The notes: generated by a model not told the origin, from the sequence alone. A stretch of 64,000 bases of DNA from Neocallimastix sp. 'constans' (GCA_050613775.1 JBODTK010000137.1:310001-374000), one strand, 5' to 3'. Positions 1 through 15,400 are shown, counted from the first letter of the stretch. Translations and numbers: made by a program.

Positions 1-1636
1 TTAGCTATATACCAATTATTTGAAATTTTATTATTTATTATTAGATAGTAATAAACCAAAAATAATAATAAAAAAAATAATAAAAAAAAACTATAAACAT
101 TTATATATAATATATTAATAAATATTTTTTTTCTTTATTATTTTTTTTTGTATATTTCATATCTCTTATATTATTTACTTTTTTTTTTTTTCTTTTGCTT
201 TGTAATTAAACTAACGGAGTACTCTCCTTTTATATATATATATATATATATATTAGAATTATAAAAATATTTTTTTTCTTTTGAAAATTCGAATTAAAGT
301 AATAATAATAAAAAATATTCTATTAATTTAATAATTAATTTATAATATATGAAATAATTTTCTTTTTTTTTTTTTTTATTGTTATTTATTTATTTAATAA
401 TAATTTTTTTTATATATTATGTATTATATAAATATATTATATTATTATATTAAAAATTTTATAATATTTCAATATTTTAAATATTTTATAAAGAAAAAAT
501 TTGTATGTATTTAAAAAGAAAAAAAAAAATTATATATATTGCAATTTTTTTATATATATTGATTAAATTATAAAATATATCAATTTTTATTTAAATAAAT
601 TAGTATAATATATTTTAATAAATTAATAATGTATTATTTATATAATGAAATATATATGTTTTTTTTATTAAATATTTTATAATTTTAAAATATTTTATTA
701 AGTTTAAAATATTTTATTAATTGTGTAATAGTTTATAAACACAATTTAATAATTAAATAATTTTTAATCTATTGAAAAAGTTTATTAATTAGAAAAATTT
801 TATTAAATGGAAAATAAATAAAAGAATTCCAAAATTTTTTGATACAATGAATCTAATTTATATTAAAAATTATCAAAATAAAAAATAAAAAATAAAAAAT
901 AAATAAATAAACTTAGAAAGAGAGAAATTAATCTAAATTTTAATTAATCTTAAATTCTTTTAATCTTTTATATACAATAATTTTTTTATTAAAAGAATAA
1001 ATAAATAAAATAATAATAATAATGGAATTTAATAAATAATAAAAACAAAATATCTATATTATTTATTAATTGTACTGATTAAATTTACTTATTTTTAATT
1101 TATTTTTTAAAGAAAAAAAAAATCTTTTTTTTAATAGAAAATAATATTAAATAATATTATTTTCTCTCTCCTGAAAGAACAAAAAAAAAAAAAAAAATTG
1201 TTTATGGTAATATGCAATTTCATTAATATTTTTCATTAATATTTTTATGTATTATATAATACGGAATTTAAACATAATAAATTTTGGGAAAATAATAATA
1301 TAAATTTTAATATATATGAATTACTAAAAAAAAAAAAAAAAAAGAAAAAAAATGAATAATAAAGATAAATTAGAATAATATAATATTAATAATTAATTTG
1401 AGGGAAAAAAAACTATTTTATATATTAGTAATTATTTATATTTTATTGAATAATTATATAATATTATATTAATAATTAATTTGAATAAAAAAAAATTTTT
1501 ATATATTAATAATTATTTATATTTTATGATGTACATTGAATAATTATTATAATCTATATCTTAAAAATTTCTTTTATTTTACGGAAAATAATATTTTAAC
1601 ATTGATTAATTGATTAATTATTAATTATTACTACAG

Positions 1637-1671
<35 letters not shown>

Positions 1672-2672
1672 ATAAAAACATTTATATAATACTCTCTATA
1701 TATAATTTTTTGAACAAATTTAAAAAAAAAAAAAAAAATTTTTTTCTACTATGATCATATTAAAAATATTAAAAAAAAAAAGTATAAAAATAACTTCATA
1801 AAAAAAATTTGGTATTAATCTTTTTTTTAACATTCAAAAAACATGTTTTTCATAAAACCATGTTATATTATAAATTAAAAAATTAAAAATAGATTAATAA
1901 GAAAAATTATAATAATATAATAATATTGTAATTAATGAATGTTATTCATATTAATATTTATATTTCATTTAATCCTTTTTTTTATTTTTTATTTTTTTTT
2001 TTTTTTTTTTTTTTTTGATATATTAGTAAATAGCTATCCTTTTATTTTTTTATTTATTATTATTAATTTTTAAATAATAATTATAATATATTAATAAAAT
2101 ATTAATTTATTATATATAATTTGAAATAAATCATAATTTCATTAATAACTGATACATTAATAAATATTTTATGATATTCTTTATTCCTTTTTTCCATGTT
2201 TATTTGTTCATTGATTTCATTTAGTATTAATTTATTAAAAAACTATATGGAATAATATTTACATTATAATTATATATATTGATTGATTAATATAATTTTA
2301 TTATTCCCTTTTTTTTTTTTTTTTTTTTTATTGTTGAAATCTTAATTTTTATTTTTCTATTGCCATTCAATTATTTATTTTTTTATCATCATATAATTAT
2401 TTTATTATTCTTATTATTACTAAAATGATTACATCATTATCATTATCATCATTATCATTTTATTATTATTGTTGTTGTTTTCATGAGATTATTATTATCA
2501 TATTATTAATATATTATGATAAATATTTATAAATTTATTTAATGATATTTATTTAATTATTTAAATAATAATTTATTTTAATCTTTTTATTCATTTATGA
2601 CAAAATTAAATAATAAAAATTTACAATAGTAAAATAAAAATATTTATTTATTTATTTATTATTAATAAATAA

Positions 2673-2703
<31 letters not shown>

Positions 2704-2706
2704 GAA

Positions 2707-3030
2707 ATAGAAATATTGTCATCATTACTATTATAAGACTTTATATAAAAAGAAATAGAAATATTGTCATCATTACTATTATAAGACTTTATATAAAAAG
2801 AAATAGAAATATTGTTCATTATTACTATTATAAGACTTTATATAAAAAGAAATAGAAATATTGTCATCATTACTATTATAAGACATAAGACTTTATATAA
2901 AAAGAAATAGAAATAGAAATATTATCATTATCACTATTGTAAGGTTTTATATAAAAAGAAATAGAAATATTGTCATAATTACTATTATAAGGATTTATAG
3001 AAATATTATCATTATCACTATTATAACGTT
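2707..3030. repeat. Minisatellite, ~48-bp unit, about 7 degenerating copies
   Basis: AAATATTGT(C/T) unit starts recur at 2711, 2759 and 2807 (period 48). Unit is approximately AGAAATATTGTCATCATTACTATTATAAGACTTTATATAAAAAGAAAT. Confidence 0.9.
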
Positions 3031-3303
3031 TTAATAACACTAATAACAATATTTTCTAACTTTTTTTATCATTTTTATTGCTATAATAAAATTATTTTAT
3101 CATTATTATTATTAATATGGAAAAAAGTTTTATATATATATATATATTATCATTATTATGAAAAAAATTTTTTTTTATCATTAATATAAAATAATTGTAT
3201 TATTACTTTTTTATCATTTTTATTGTTAAAATAAAATTATTTTATCATCATTATCATTATTACTGTTAATTATTATATTAAATAATAATATATATTACTC
3301 ATG

Positions 3304-3598
<295 letters not shown>

Positions 3599-6171
3599 TT
3601 TTTATAATAAACTTTTGATTTTGTTTTGTTAATAAAAATAATAAAAACTTTATTAATATTTTTATAATATAAAAAAAAAAGATTTAAAACATTTTGAAAC
3701 AGTTATAAAAAAAGAAATTTTGTATAAACATGTTTGAAAGTTGAAAATTATATATAAAATTATAAAAATACATTTATTTTAATTTATTTTAATTTAATTT
3801 ATTTTTTTTGGTTATTTAAAATAAAAATATATTGTCAAATGTATTATATATATTTTATATAATACTATAATACTAATTAAAAATAATAGTCTTATTTTTT
3901 TAAGAAATTAAAATTTAATTAAATTTATTAATATAAATTATTTTTTTGATATATTTAATTAATTAAAATAACTCTAAATAATATATTAATAAATGAGATA
4001 AGTTTAATTAATTTTTTTAATATGAACAATATAAATTTTAAAGTTATTATTAATTTTTTAATTTATTAAATTATTAAATTATTGTTTTTATTTTTATTTT
4101 TATTTTATTTTTTTTTTTAATTTTATTAATTCATTATTTATATAAATATAAAAATGAATTAATAAAAATTGAAAATTATATGCCGGCGGTTAATTGCTAT
4201 AAATATGTAATATTAATATTGGATATTTGAATTATTAAGATATAAATTATTTATATAACATTTATTTATTTTTTTTTTTTGATTATTTATTTATGATATA
4301 TTCTAATCTTTAATTTTTATTTATTTTATTATAGTTTATTTTTATTAATTAGAGATGTCTGTTTTATTAATAATATATGAATTATAAATTTAATATTCTA
4401 AGCCAATACATTTATATATATAATATTATGTAAATTATAAGCAAGTCACATCACTAATTTACTTCATTAAATACTTAAAAGACTTAAACTAAATAATTAC
4501 ATATTCGTAAAAAGTATTTAATTTTAATATAATAAAATTTTTTCTTAACATTTATTTATTTAATGTCTGATTATTAATATGATAATTATCAAGTATTTAT
4601 AGTTATAGTTTTTATAGACATTTAAATATTGTACATATTAAATACTACCAACTATTAATAAAAGCTTCAAAGTTTAAAGACTATCTAAAATTTGATATTA
4701 AATTCAAAACTTAAAAATTTAAGGTATTAAATACCAAATATTCAATTTTATTAGTTTCTAAATCTTTAACCATACAAAATTTAAGAAAAGATACTTTTTT
4801 AAATAAAAAAATTTTTCTATTAATTTATAATAATTTTTAAATTTATTATAATTCTTTTTATATTTATAATTTGTTTTATAATGGTATTTACCATTATAAT
4901 TTTTTTTCAAAAAAAAAAAATTAAATAATAAAGAATAAAAAATAAGAAAAAGAAAAATAGTTTCTATTCTTCTTCTTCTTCCTAAATTCTATACTATGCT
5001 ATATTATTATTATGCAAAAATGCTATTATATAAAAATCTTAATATCTTGTAATTTATAATAAATTTAATAAATTAAAAATTCTTGTCAACTACTTTTTCT
5101 GTGTTTGTGTAACATTACATTTTTAATAGAAAAATGAGAGACAGAGTTAAGTGTAACATATAAAAATTAAAAGATTAGCTTAATAATTAAACATTTTGGA
5201 TTAAATGAAACTTATTTAATAAAAAAGAAAAGGTTACAATATAAAAACAAATTATAAAAAATAATAATAATAATAAAATAAAATAATATTTGTTAATAAT
5301 AATATAAATATACTAATAAGAAAAAAAAATAACAATAATATAAATTCAATTGATAATACATAAAACAAAAATTAATATAATAATGATAACATGATATTAA
5401 TTACAACAATATAATAACATTTTGAAGATATTCATATACTAATAAATATAATTAGAAAAAAAATATATATTTTTAATACTAATTAAATAGAATCAAGAAA
5501 ATTTAAATCAAGAAAAATAAATAATTATTAAATAATAAATAAATAAATAAATAAATAAATGGATAGATAATGTTCATGAAAATGTATCAAAAAACCAAAA
5601 TAGTTTATTTTAATTATAATATTTTAATTATAATAGTTATAATAATTTATATGAAATTTGTGTAACAAAAAAAACTTTAATAAATATTATAAATTAAATA
5701 ATTATAAAATAATTTTTATTTAACTTTTTTTTCTTCTACAAAATTTTCAATTATAATTTATAATAATTAAGATTTTTTAATCGATACAAATTTTATATAA
5801 TACATTTTTTTTATACTTTTGAAATAAAAAAAAAAAGTAAAAATTTCATAAAGTAATAAAAAATAATATTAAACTTAAAATTGATGCATAAACAAAGGTA
5901 AAAGTAAAAGTATAATTCAAAACAAAAAAAAAAAGTAAAAACAATAAAAAAATAAGAAAATTATTATTTAATGACATGAAAATGAAAAACTTCTATATAT
6001 TATTGAATATAAATATTCAATAGAATACTAATATTTTTACAGAAGATAAATTTAATTAATAAAACGGTTTTTTTATTTTAATTTTTATTTTAATTTTTAT
6101 TTTAATTTTAATTTTAATTGGCTATATTATATATAAAAATTTAAACAATTCGAGAGAATGGTCCGTCAAAT

Positions 6172-6221
<50 letters not shown>

Positions 6222-6399
6222 TTTTAATGATTGGTTTACATTATTAATCTATTTCTTAGGTATTTTGAAGAGAATCCCAATATAATTAATTAATTTTTAC
6301 CTACTTTTCTTAGCTTTTTTTTTTATTATTTTATTATTTTATTATTATTTTATTATTTTTATTTTAATTTTAATTTTTATTTGGTTTTATTTTTTAATT

Positions 6400-6940
6400 A
6401 ATTCTACACTCTTATATTATTTTACAATTTATTTTATTTTATTTTATTTTATTCATTCTTTACTCTTTTATATTACTTTACAATTTATTTTATTTTATTT
6501 TATTTTATTTTATTCATTCTTTACTCTTTTATATTACTTTACAATTTATTTTATTTTGTTTTATTAGATTGGTATTTTATATTATTTTACAATTTATTTT
6601 ATTTTATTTTATTTTATCAGATTGGTATTTTATATTTGTATTTCAACTATTTATTTTATTTTATTTTATTCAATCTGTACTTTATATTTATATTTCAACT
6701 ATTTATTTTATTTTATTTTATTCAATCTGTACTTTATATTTATATTTCGACTATTTATTTTATTTTATTTTATTCAATCTGTACTTTACATTTATATATC
6801 AACTATTTATTTTATTTTATTTTATTCAATCTGTACTTTACATTTATATTTCAACTATTTATTTTATTTTATTTTATTTTATTCAATCTGTACTTTATAT
6901 TTATATTTCAACTATTTATTTTATTTTATTTATTTTATTT
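6400..6940. repeat. Minisatellite, ~52-57-bp unit
   Basis: CAATCTGTACTTTA recurs at 6671, 6723, 6775, 6827 and 6884, with more diverged related units upstream to ~6400. Confidence 0.9.
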
Positions 6941-7129
6941 TTGATTTCTATGAAAATATTAAATTTTACTAATTATTAATGATTTTCAACTATTATAAAA
7001 TTTTTTATGATTTTGTTATAATTACATATCACCTTTTAAATATTCTTGATTTTAGGAGTATGGTTTTATTATTCATAAATATTAATACTATTATATAAAT
7101 ATTATTACTATTACTACTATTATTATAAT

Positions 7130-7390
7130 TATTATAATTATTATGATTATTATTTATTTATTTATTTATTTATTTATTATTATTTATTTATTTATTATTA
7201 TTTATTTATTTATTATTATTTATTTATTTATTTATTATTATTATTTATTTATTTATTATTATTATTATTTATTTATTTATTATTATTATTTATTTATTAT
7301 TATTATTATTTATTTATTATTATTATTATTTATTTATCTATTATTATTTATTTATTTTTATTTTTATTTATTTATTTATTTATTATTATT
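7130..7390. repeat. Low-complexity TTA/TTTA mosaic
   Basis: Almost only A/T, with mixed 3- and 4-mer repeats. Confidence 0.9.
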
Positions 7391-7486
7391 AAAGTTTTCT
7401 TTCATATATTTATTTCTAGAATCATTGTTTTTATTGGCTGAATGAAAAAAATTCTTTAAGGAGTAGCTTTTTACTCTAAACCTAAT

Positions 7487-7518
<32 letters not shown>

Positions 7519-7922
7519 GGAAAAAAAAAAGAAGAAAAATTTTATTATTATTTTTTTGTGGAAGGTTCTAATATAATTAAATAGAATGATGTTTTAACCC
7601 ATTTTGAGAAATTGTTTCATTACTTTTTTGTTGTAATACTTTGCTTATTTTTGTTCATCTGACTTACAATATAGATCATATTTTTAATTTTAACTTTAAA
7701 TATATTATTTAAAAATAATCTAATTGATAATACTAATTATAATATGGAAGAAGAATTTGAAACTTGAATAACTTTAATTATATTAAAAAATTTTTTTTTT
7801 TTTTTAATACAATTAAACTATTCAAAAATAATTCTATTAATTATAAAATTATAAAATATAACCATGTTTAATATTGTGGAAATACAAATTGAAATTATAT
7901 TAATAACATTGTAGTGGTAATA

Positions 7923-7963
<41 letters not shown>

Positions 7964-8603
7964 AATAATAACAAAGAAAAAAATATTTATAGAAAAATTA
8001 TTATTATGAAATTAAATTATGAAAATAAAAAATAGTATTATCAAATATTATATATATTCGTTATTCTATTTAGATTATTTTTTTCTATATGGATTGATAA
8101 CTACCTTTCTTTATAATATTGAAAAAGTAATTAAAAAAAATTTTTTTTTTCTAAAAGGAGTAAAAAAGAAAGATAAAGAAAGATAAAAAAAATTTTTTTT
8201 CTAAAAGGAGTAAAAAAGAAAGATAAAAATTTTTTTTTTTTTTTTTTTTTTTGTTATCTCTTGATGTCTAAAATGAATAATAGTAATGATGTTTTTATAT
8301 ATATATATATTTATTTATTGGAAGATGAAAATTTAATTAAAGTATTCATAATTACTGTTATGAAAAATTATAAAAGAATCTTATCATAAAAAAAAAAAAA
8401 AAACCTTTATATATTAATTTTTACTCAAAGAAATTTTTTTTTTTCTTTCTTTTAACCTTTATAAAAATTGGATCTATTATACTATTTACTAATATTTTAT
8501 AAGCATAGACGATATCAGGATTTTCTAAAATATAAAATCTGAGCCAGTAGACTGATTTAGACCGATTTATTATTACTTGAAATAGATAAAATATATTTAT
8601 TTT

Positions 8604-8639
<36 letters not shown>

Positions 8640-8680
8640 ATTACTTGTTTTGTTTTTTGAATAATGCAACTGTTGAAGAA

Positions 8681-10394
8681 ATAAATTTATTAGTTAATAT
8701 TAATGAAACTCTCATTATTTACTATATGTATTCTCAATACCAGTAGACTGATTATTATAAATATTTTTATCATTACCACTGGAATGATTACCATCAACAG
8801 TTTCATTATATAGGTTATTATTATCTACTTCATTAACACTAATTGTGGATATTATAATTAGCATTATGATTACCAGAGTCTTTAACAGAAGCTTTATTAC
8901 TATTTATAGCATTTTCTCACACTTTATTTCATCATTCAATAAATGAAGTGAATATATGGTATTTAATAAAAATTCTATATCAGAAACAGTAGAGCCTTTA
9001 TTTTGACTAGAATTATATTTATTATCATTAGCATTATGATTATCAGAGCTTCAAACAAAAGTTCAATAATTATTTCTCGGTTAATTTCATCATTTAGTAA
9101 ATAAAGTAAACGTACAATATTTAATGAAAATTCTGTATCAGAAACAATAGAGCCTTCATTTTGAGTAAAATTTGAATTATTATCATTATTTATCATCATT
9201 AATGTTTTGAGTTTCATTTATTTATTTCCACAGTTTGAGTACCATTATTATTATTTTGGTTAATAACACCATCATTTCCACTTTCCATAATTCACATTTC
9301 TTCTTCCTTTTTCATCTTTAGTATCTAAACAACAGAACAAAACTAAAAATACCAATAATTGCTACTAAAACACCAATCATAATATAGAAAGTTATACTTG
9401 AAAAGAATCCACCTTTATTTTCTTTTTTCTTTGATGAAATTTTAGTTTCATTTTTAATTTTTTTTTTTAGTTTCAGTTGCTTGGGTTGTAGGGTTATACT
9501 TTTCGAAATTGTAACTGAAAGGCATTTTGTAGGACGAATAATACTAGAAGTGACCCCAATGCAGCATTCATCTGCTGGATGAGAATCACAATAAGCTGTT
9601 TTACATATACTTTAATATGATTGTTTTTTATAAAAATTTTATTATATGTATATTTAAATATTCATTTAATTTAATCAATAAATTTTGTTTTATTTTGTTT
9701 CTTATATAAAATTTATTTATTTATTAATATTAATTAATAAATAAATAACAGTATTTTATATATATATATATATATGAATATTTAAAACGTATAGTTTTTT
9801 TTTTTTTTTTTTTTTTTTTTTATATACAATTATATATAAATATATATATAATTAAAATATATTAAATATTTTATTAATTTATTTATTTTAATTTATTATT
9901 TATTTTAATTTATTATTTATTTTAATTATTTATTTTAATTTATTATTTATTTTAATTTATTATTTATTATTTATATTTATTAACCTTGTTCCTCAAAAAC
10001 TAATATGTAAGTATATGATTTTAAATATCTAAACATTGTTTGAAAATACGGAATCATAAGTAGCACATGTTGTGCCCAATTGTACCTTTTAATGAACTTT
10101 TTCTTGAACTAATCTATTAAATTCAGCTTGTTGTACGCTTGCAAAAGATAATTTGCAAAATCAGGACATAGAGTTGAACCAATAATCTTTGAACTGGCAC
10201 TATTTGAAGTGCCCAATCCAGTTGTAGCACTATTTGTTCTACCAAGTATAGCACCAGGTCTGGCTCTATTGGCACCTACACCTGTAGCAGCACCTGTATT
10301 AGCTCCATTTACACCATCAACTCCTTTTTCCAACACAATTTACTTATGATAACGATGATATTACCAATAACAAAGCTTTAGATATTTTCAACAT
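8681..10394 (-). pseudogene. Chimeric pseudogene: 5' part from the TM-SH3 gene (37993-36184) fused to the 3' tail of the PY-motif membrane gene (~18530-17686)
   Basis: 9198-10394 aligns to 36184-37993, including the intron (ORF 10109..10336 GVNGANTGAATGVGANRA is identical to the parent). 8681-9195 aligns to 17686-17722 and 18118-18530 (ORF 8975..9217 QNEGSIVSDTEFSLN vs parent QNEDSAVSNAELLLN). It has frameshifts and lacks both splice junctions. Homologous upstream DNA continues to ~11037, matching ~38396. Confidence 0.9.
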
Positions 10395-10584
10395 TTTATT
10401 CTTTGATAATTACTTATTGTAAATTTTCATAATAAATATATGTTTATAGGTTTTTTTAATATCTATATATATTATATTGAATAGTATATATTTATAAAAA
10501 GAAATAAAGGAAAAGTTAAAAGTCGAATATTGAAATTGGAAATATAAACAAATTCAAAATTCTTTTCCCATTTAATTTTTTTTT

Positions 10585-10860
<276 letters not shown>

Positions 10861-11196
10861 TTTTAATTATTTTATTTCTTTCATTTTATTATTTATATTT
10901 AAAAAAAAAAAATTCTTTTATAAATAAAAAAAAAAATTTTTTTGTTTTGTTATCAAATACTTATTTAAGCAATTTTATATACTCCATAAATATTATATTT
11001 TTATAAAATATCATTTTTTAAACATTTTGTAAATGATATTAAATATTTTAACAAAAATAAAGAAAAAAAATGATAAAAACAAAAAAATGAAGTTTTAAAT
11101 ATGAAAACAAGAAAAAAACAAAACAAAAAGCAAAACAAAACAATTGTATTGTATTACTCTAAAAAAAAAAAAAATACAAATATATATAATATATTT

Positions 11197-11198
<2 letters not shown>

Positions 11199-11240
<42 letters not shown>

Positions 11241-11430
11241 GTTTTAACCCCCACTCAAGGGCAATGGGGACTAATGAGATAATCACAACACTTCCATATA
11301 GGCATATAATGTTAGTAATGGACGGCCCGTCTGAGTATTCAGTATTGGTGTTCTGACATACATACTTATTGATGTGAATTTTTCGGGTACACTTTTTCTC
11401 GGAATGCTTCTTCGGTTCCTAACTTCCTTT
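11199..11430 (-). mobile_element. Probable 3' end of a non-LTR retroelement (SINE or 5'-truncated LINE) with poly(A) tail
   Basis: A ~40-T run on + lies directly beside a GC-richer segment. On the minus strand that segment ends in the stem-loop CCCCA..TGGGG, then TTAAAACCAT and poly(A). It does not resemble the 3' end of the adjacent LINE. Confidence 0.5.
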
Positions 11431-11434
11431 TGAA

Positions 11435-12090
11435 GGGGGGAATTGCGTTTCGCCAAGTTGCATTTCCCCAGGTTAGATATTTGAAAAAATTGGCGAAATC
11501 CAACTTGACCAAATGCTCTACTTTCCTTTTGAAAAGTAAATATAACCTAACCCATTGATATATGGTTTATATATTATGTGGCGTACTTAAATAAATTGTA
11601 TATAGAAAGTGGCTTAAATTATATGAAATAAATAAATATTTAATATATAATAAAATAATTTAATGATATTTAACTTTTTTTTATTAAAATAATAATAAAT
11701 ATTTAAAAATATTCAATTTTAAAGATACGTTTTAATATTTTTTGTTAATATATATTAATAATGGAAGAGTTGCATTTCGTCAAATGGTGTATTATTAAAA
11801 TGAAACTTTTTACTAATAAGGCACTTCACGAAATGCAACTCTCCCAATTATTTGTAATATTTAATTATAAAAATATATTTATAATATTATTTTTAATATT
11901 ATTTATGCTTTATTTATTTAATAATCAATATTATTTCAATATTATTTTTAATATTAATTATTTTTTTTTTTTTAATATTTAAATATTTACTTTAAATTCA
12001 TCAATATTATATTATAATTTATTTATTTATTTATTCATAATAATTTTCAATTGTAGAAATGCAGTATTTTGTGAAATACAACTTTGCCCT
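11435..12090. mobile_element. Cluster of MITE/foldback-like inverted repeats built on the motif GTTGCATTTCG
   Basis: IR 11445-11470/11491-11516 (21/26 match) is flanked by the direct repeat TTCCTTTTGAA (11424-11434, 11523-11533). IR 11763-11780/11828-11845 matches at 17/18. A further right-hand arm lies at ~12056-12089. Confidence 0.6.
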
Positions 12091-12242
12091 CAACAATAAA
12101 ATAATATTTAATTTTAAAAATAGTTCTTATACTTTTTGTTAAAAATAGTATTTAATAATATTTAATTTTAAAGATATAAATTATATTTATATTTTTTATT
12201 TATTAATAATTTATTCTTAGTCTTTATCTATTTCATTTTATA

Positions 12243-12287
<45 letters not shown>

Positions 12288-12390
12288 TTATTTTTCATTT
12301 TTTAATGGTTAAAAATAAAATATATTTATTTATTTATTATTTATTATTTATTTATTGTTTAATTATTTATTTATTGTTTAATTATTTCTT

Positions 12391-12392
<2 letters not shown>

Positions 12393-12426
<34 letters not shown>

Positions 12427-15400
12427 CAGGGAAGAGAACAATTCCATAAATTTATTAATTTTATTATAAAAAATACATGTAGGTGAAAAGTACAATTGAA
12501 ATTAAAAAATAAAAATAAAAGTTAAAAAATAAAAAATAAAAATGCTCAAAAATACTATGAATTTCGGCAAGTTGTACTATGCGGGAATTTTCCCTTCCTA
12601 ACAAATAAAAAAGTAATAAAACCTAGAAGTAACATCTTTAAATCAGATAGTGTGGTGTCCACTAAACTCTCCCCGGATTCATCATTTAATGAACTACTAA
12701 GGCGAGATTCACCCTTCGTGGAAATAGATGATGATCCTGTATTATCATTATGCCTTATCAGTACGATGTCGATGCTCTTGGTTAAGTTTGGTATTTTAGA
12801 ATACCTATCAAATAATAGCTCTAATGAACTACTTAATGATAGTTATTGCGCTAGTTAAGAAATTCCGACAAGCCCACAATTTTTGGAACAGGTAATTCAG
12901 ATGAACCATTGAAAAGTAGTTCATTTAATTGTTTCTGTTCCACTCTATCGAAATGTAGCTTATTTAAAGCTAAAGTTCTACCATGAAAGAATAAGTATAT
13001 ATAATGATTGATATAATCTTCAAAATTAGAAATAGAGTCATAGGAAGAAAGGGGATTAAATGCTCTAATCTTCCTAATGAATAAAACATAAAGATCATCA
13101 ATGAAATTTAAAGAATTCCATCTAAAAGATGCAAGAGCAATGCATTTAAAAATCCAATGTTCAAAAGAATGATTACCTTCGTCACAACAGGGGCATGTCT
13201 TGGGACAATCTTCTGAAACTCTACCCATTCTAATAGCAATAGTGGTATTGTATTTATAACCACAGCGTAAACGTATAATCCACTAAAACCCAAAGTTGAA
13301 TTAGGGAGACTTTAAGCTAAGCGTAAGTATAGCTTTATTATTTGAGAACTTGTTACTATTGTAGTTTTGACCTTTAATACCTTGAAATTTGGAAACTGAT
13401 TTCCAGTAACGTTCTAAAATATCATCATATTTTACACATTTATATTTTTTGATTTTCTTGTTCAAAGTTCTAGATTCTTTAGTCTAGGAATAATAAGGCA
13501 TTTTGGGAATAGATTTAATAAGATCCTTTATAATACAGTTTGATTTACTCCATTTTGTAAACGATTTAATCTGTAAGGCTGTGCAGATACCAGCAATAGG
13601 AGGGATGCTTAGATTTCGAGATAAAGCATAAGTACTCATAGTAGAATTATGTCTAATATAGTCGTTGTTTTCTGAATTTGTTTTACCATTTTTTAGAGAA
13701 GGAACCGATACACCAAAATAGATCAGTATTAATTAATGTTTGAATTCTAGCCGTTCTAGATTTGTTTGAACCAAGTAGAGGAGAATAATAAAATAACTTT
13801 ACTAATAACAAAGGATTGAAGAACTTTTTTCTTGTATACAATAGAATAAGTTTATTTGAAAAGAAACGTGTAAATGAAAGAAGGGATTTTTTAACTTTAA
13901 AATGCATGTGAGATATAATGCGTTCTAATAAGAGATCATCTGAAAAAGGAATACCAAGATAAATATAACTAGAAATTTTTGGAATAGCGTTCATTCCTCA
14001 ATAGAAGGTTGGATCACTATAATTTGGAGGAGATTGGAAGTTCATTGGTTTTATAACCATTGTTGCACATTTTTCAATACCAAAAGTCATTTCATTTAAG
14101 TTAGCCCTCTTATGTACCTTTTTTAATAATTTTTCTAAACTTTTGCACTCGGAGTAATGAGAACAACATCATCAGCAAAGAGTCCACCACAACACTTTTT
14201 TCTTCCAATACTAACACCATACTTTTCACAATCATTTAGCATATCATTGATGAATAAATTAAATAAGATTGGAGATAATGGACAACCTTGACAAACACCT
14301 CTTTTAATAGGAAATTCATTTGATAACATTGAAGCAACTCGAGCATGTCTTTGGCAAATTTCTCTTACGGAAATGAATAAATACATTCTTCACCGTTGCG
14401 AAAATCAAATTGTTCAGGTCTAATGAAATTGTGTGTAAGTGCGTAAGTAGATATTCTATCTGTTATAATTTTTGAAATGATTTTCAGTCCAACATTAATG
14501 AGAGAAATACTTCGATAGTTACTACAATCTGATAGGTCACCTTTCTTAGGGATTGATACAATAGAAGCTGAGTTCCATTTCTTAGGAAAAGACACATTCC
14601 AAATTTTATTAAAAATCAATTTAAGATAATTTCCAGCGGCAGGATGTGTTTCTAGTAATTCTTCATTGCAAAATAGAGCTTTGTAGAATTCAATCGGGAT
14701 ACCATCGGGGCCCGGGTGTTTTGTTGTTTTTCATTGATGAAATAGTATTTTTAATATCTTCAATCGTAATTAGACCGTTAATATTCCAAGCAGAGGATCT
14801 AAGACTAATATTTCGTATAACATGATTCCAGTAGTTACAATTAAGGCTGTGACCTGAGGGGTCAGAAGCTAGATCATTATAATATTCAGTCCATCTATCT
14901 AATTGCTTAGCAGAAGAGATAGTATCATGACCAAATTTAGATTTAATGCAAGTAAGTGAGGTAGATAAATAAGATGTTTTAACCATTTTTTTTAAATATC
15001 TCCAACCATCTTTGAAATCTTTATTCAAAAAATAATTACCTATTTTTACTATATTAGCCTTATATCTATCAGAACGAAATTTACTCTTTGTTTTCTTAAT
15101 TAATATGCAAAATTTTTCATACTTATCAAATTGTTCAAGGTAATTATCAACATTTTCACAGTTAGAGTAAGGCTTAATATTTCGGAATGCAATATGTTTT
15201 TCATGAGACAGTTTTTAAATGTAATAAGGACAATGAAAAGTAGAGCTCTTTAAATTTGTTGGAATAAAAGCCTTAATATCTTTCCTGATATTATTTGCTG
15301 TATTGATAAAATTTTTTACCATTTCATCAGCCGTAAGCGAATTGTAATGAGAATCGAGGTCATTTGCTAAGATTGAAAAATAATTATGTGATAAAATATC

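Noticed and set aside
1..2700. Genes in the first 2.7 kb
   Set aside because: Near-pure A/T low-complexity sequence with no exon-like signal.
6569..7445. Hydrophobic F/I/L/Y ORFs (also 30541-30796, 34696-35043, 36924-37193 and 61706-62248)
   Set aside because: Artefacts of stop-free T-rich repeats.
11250..11290. Hammerhead-like CTAATGAG after a stem (also CTGATGG on the minus strand near 57380)
   Set aside because: The core deviates from CUGANGA, and there is no stem II or GAAA.
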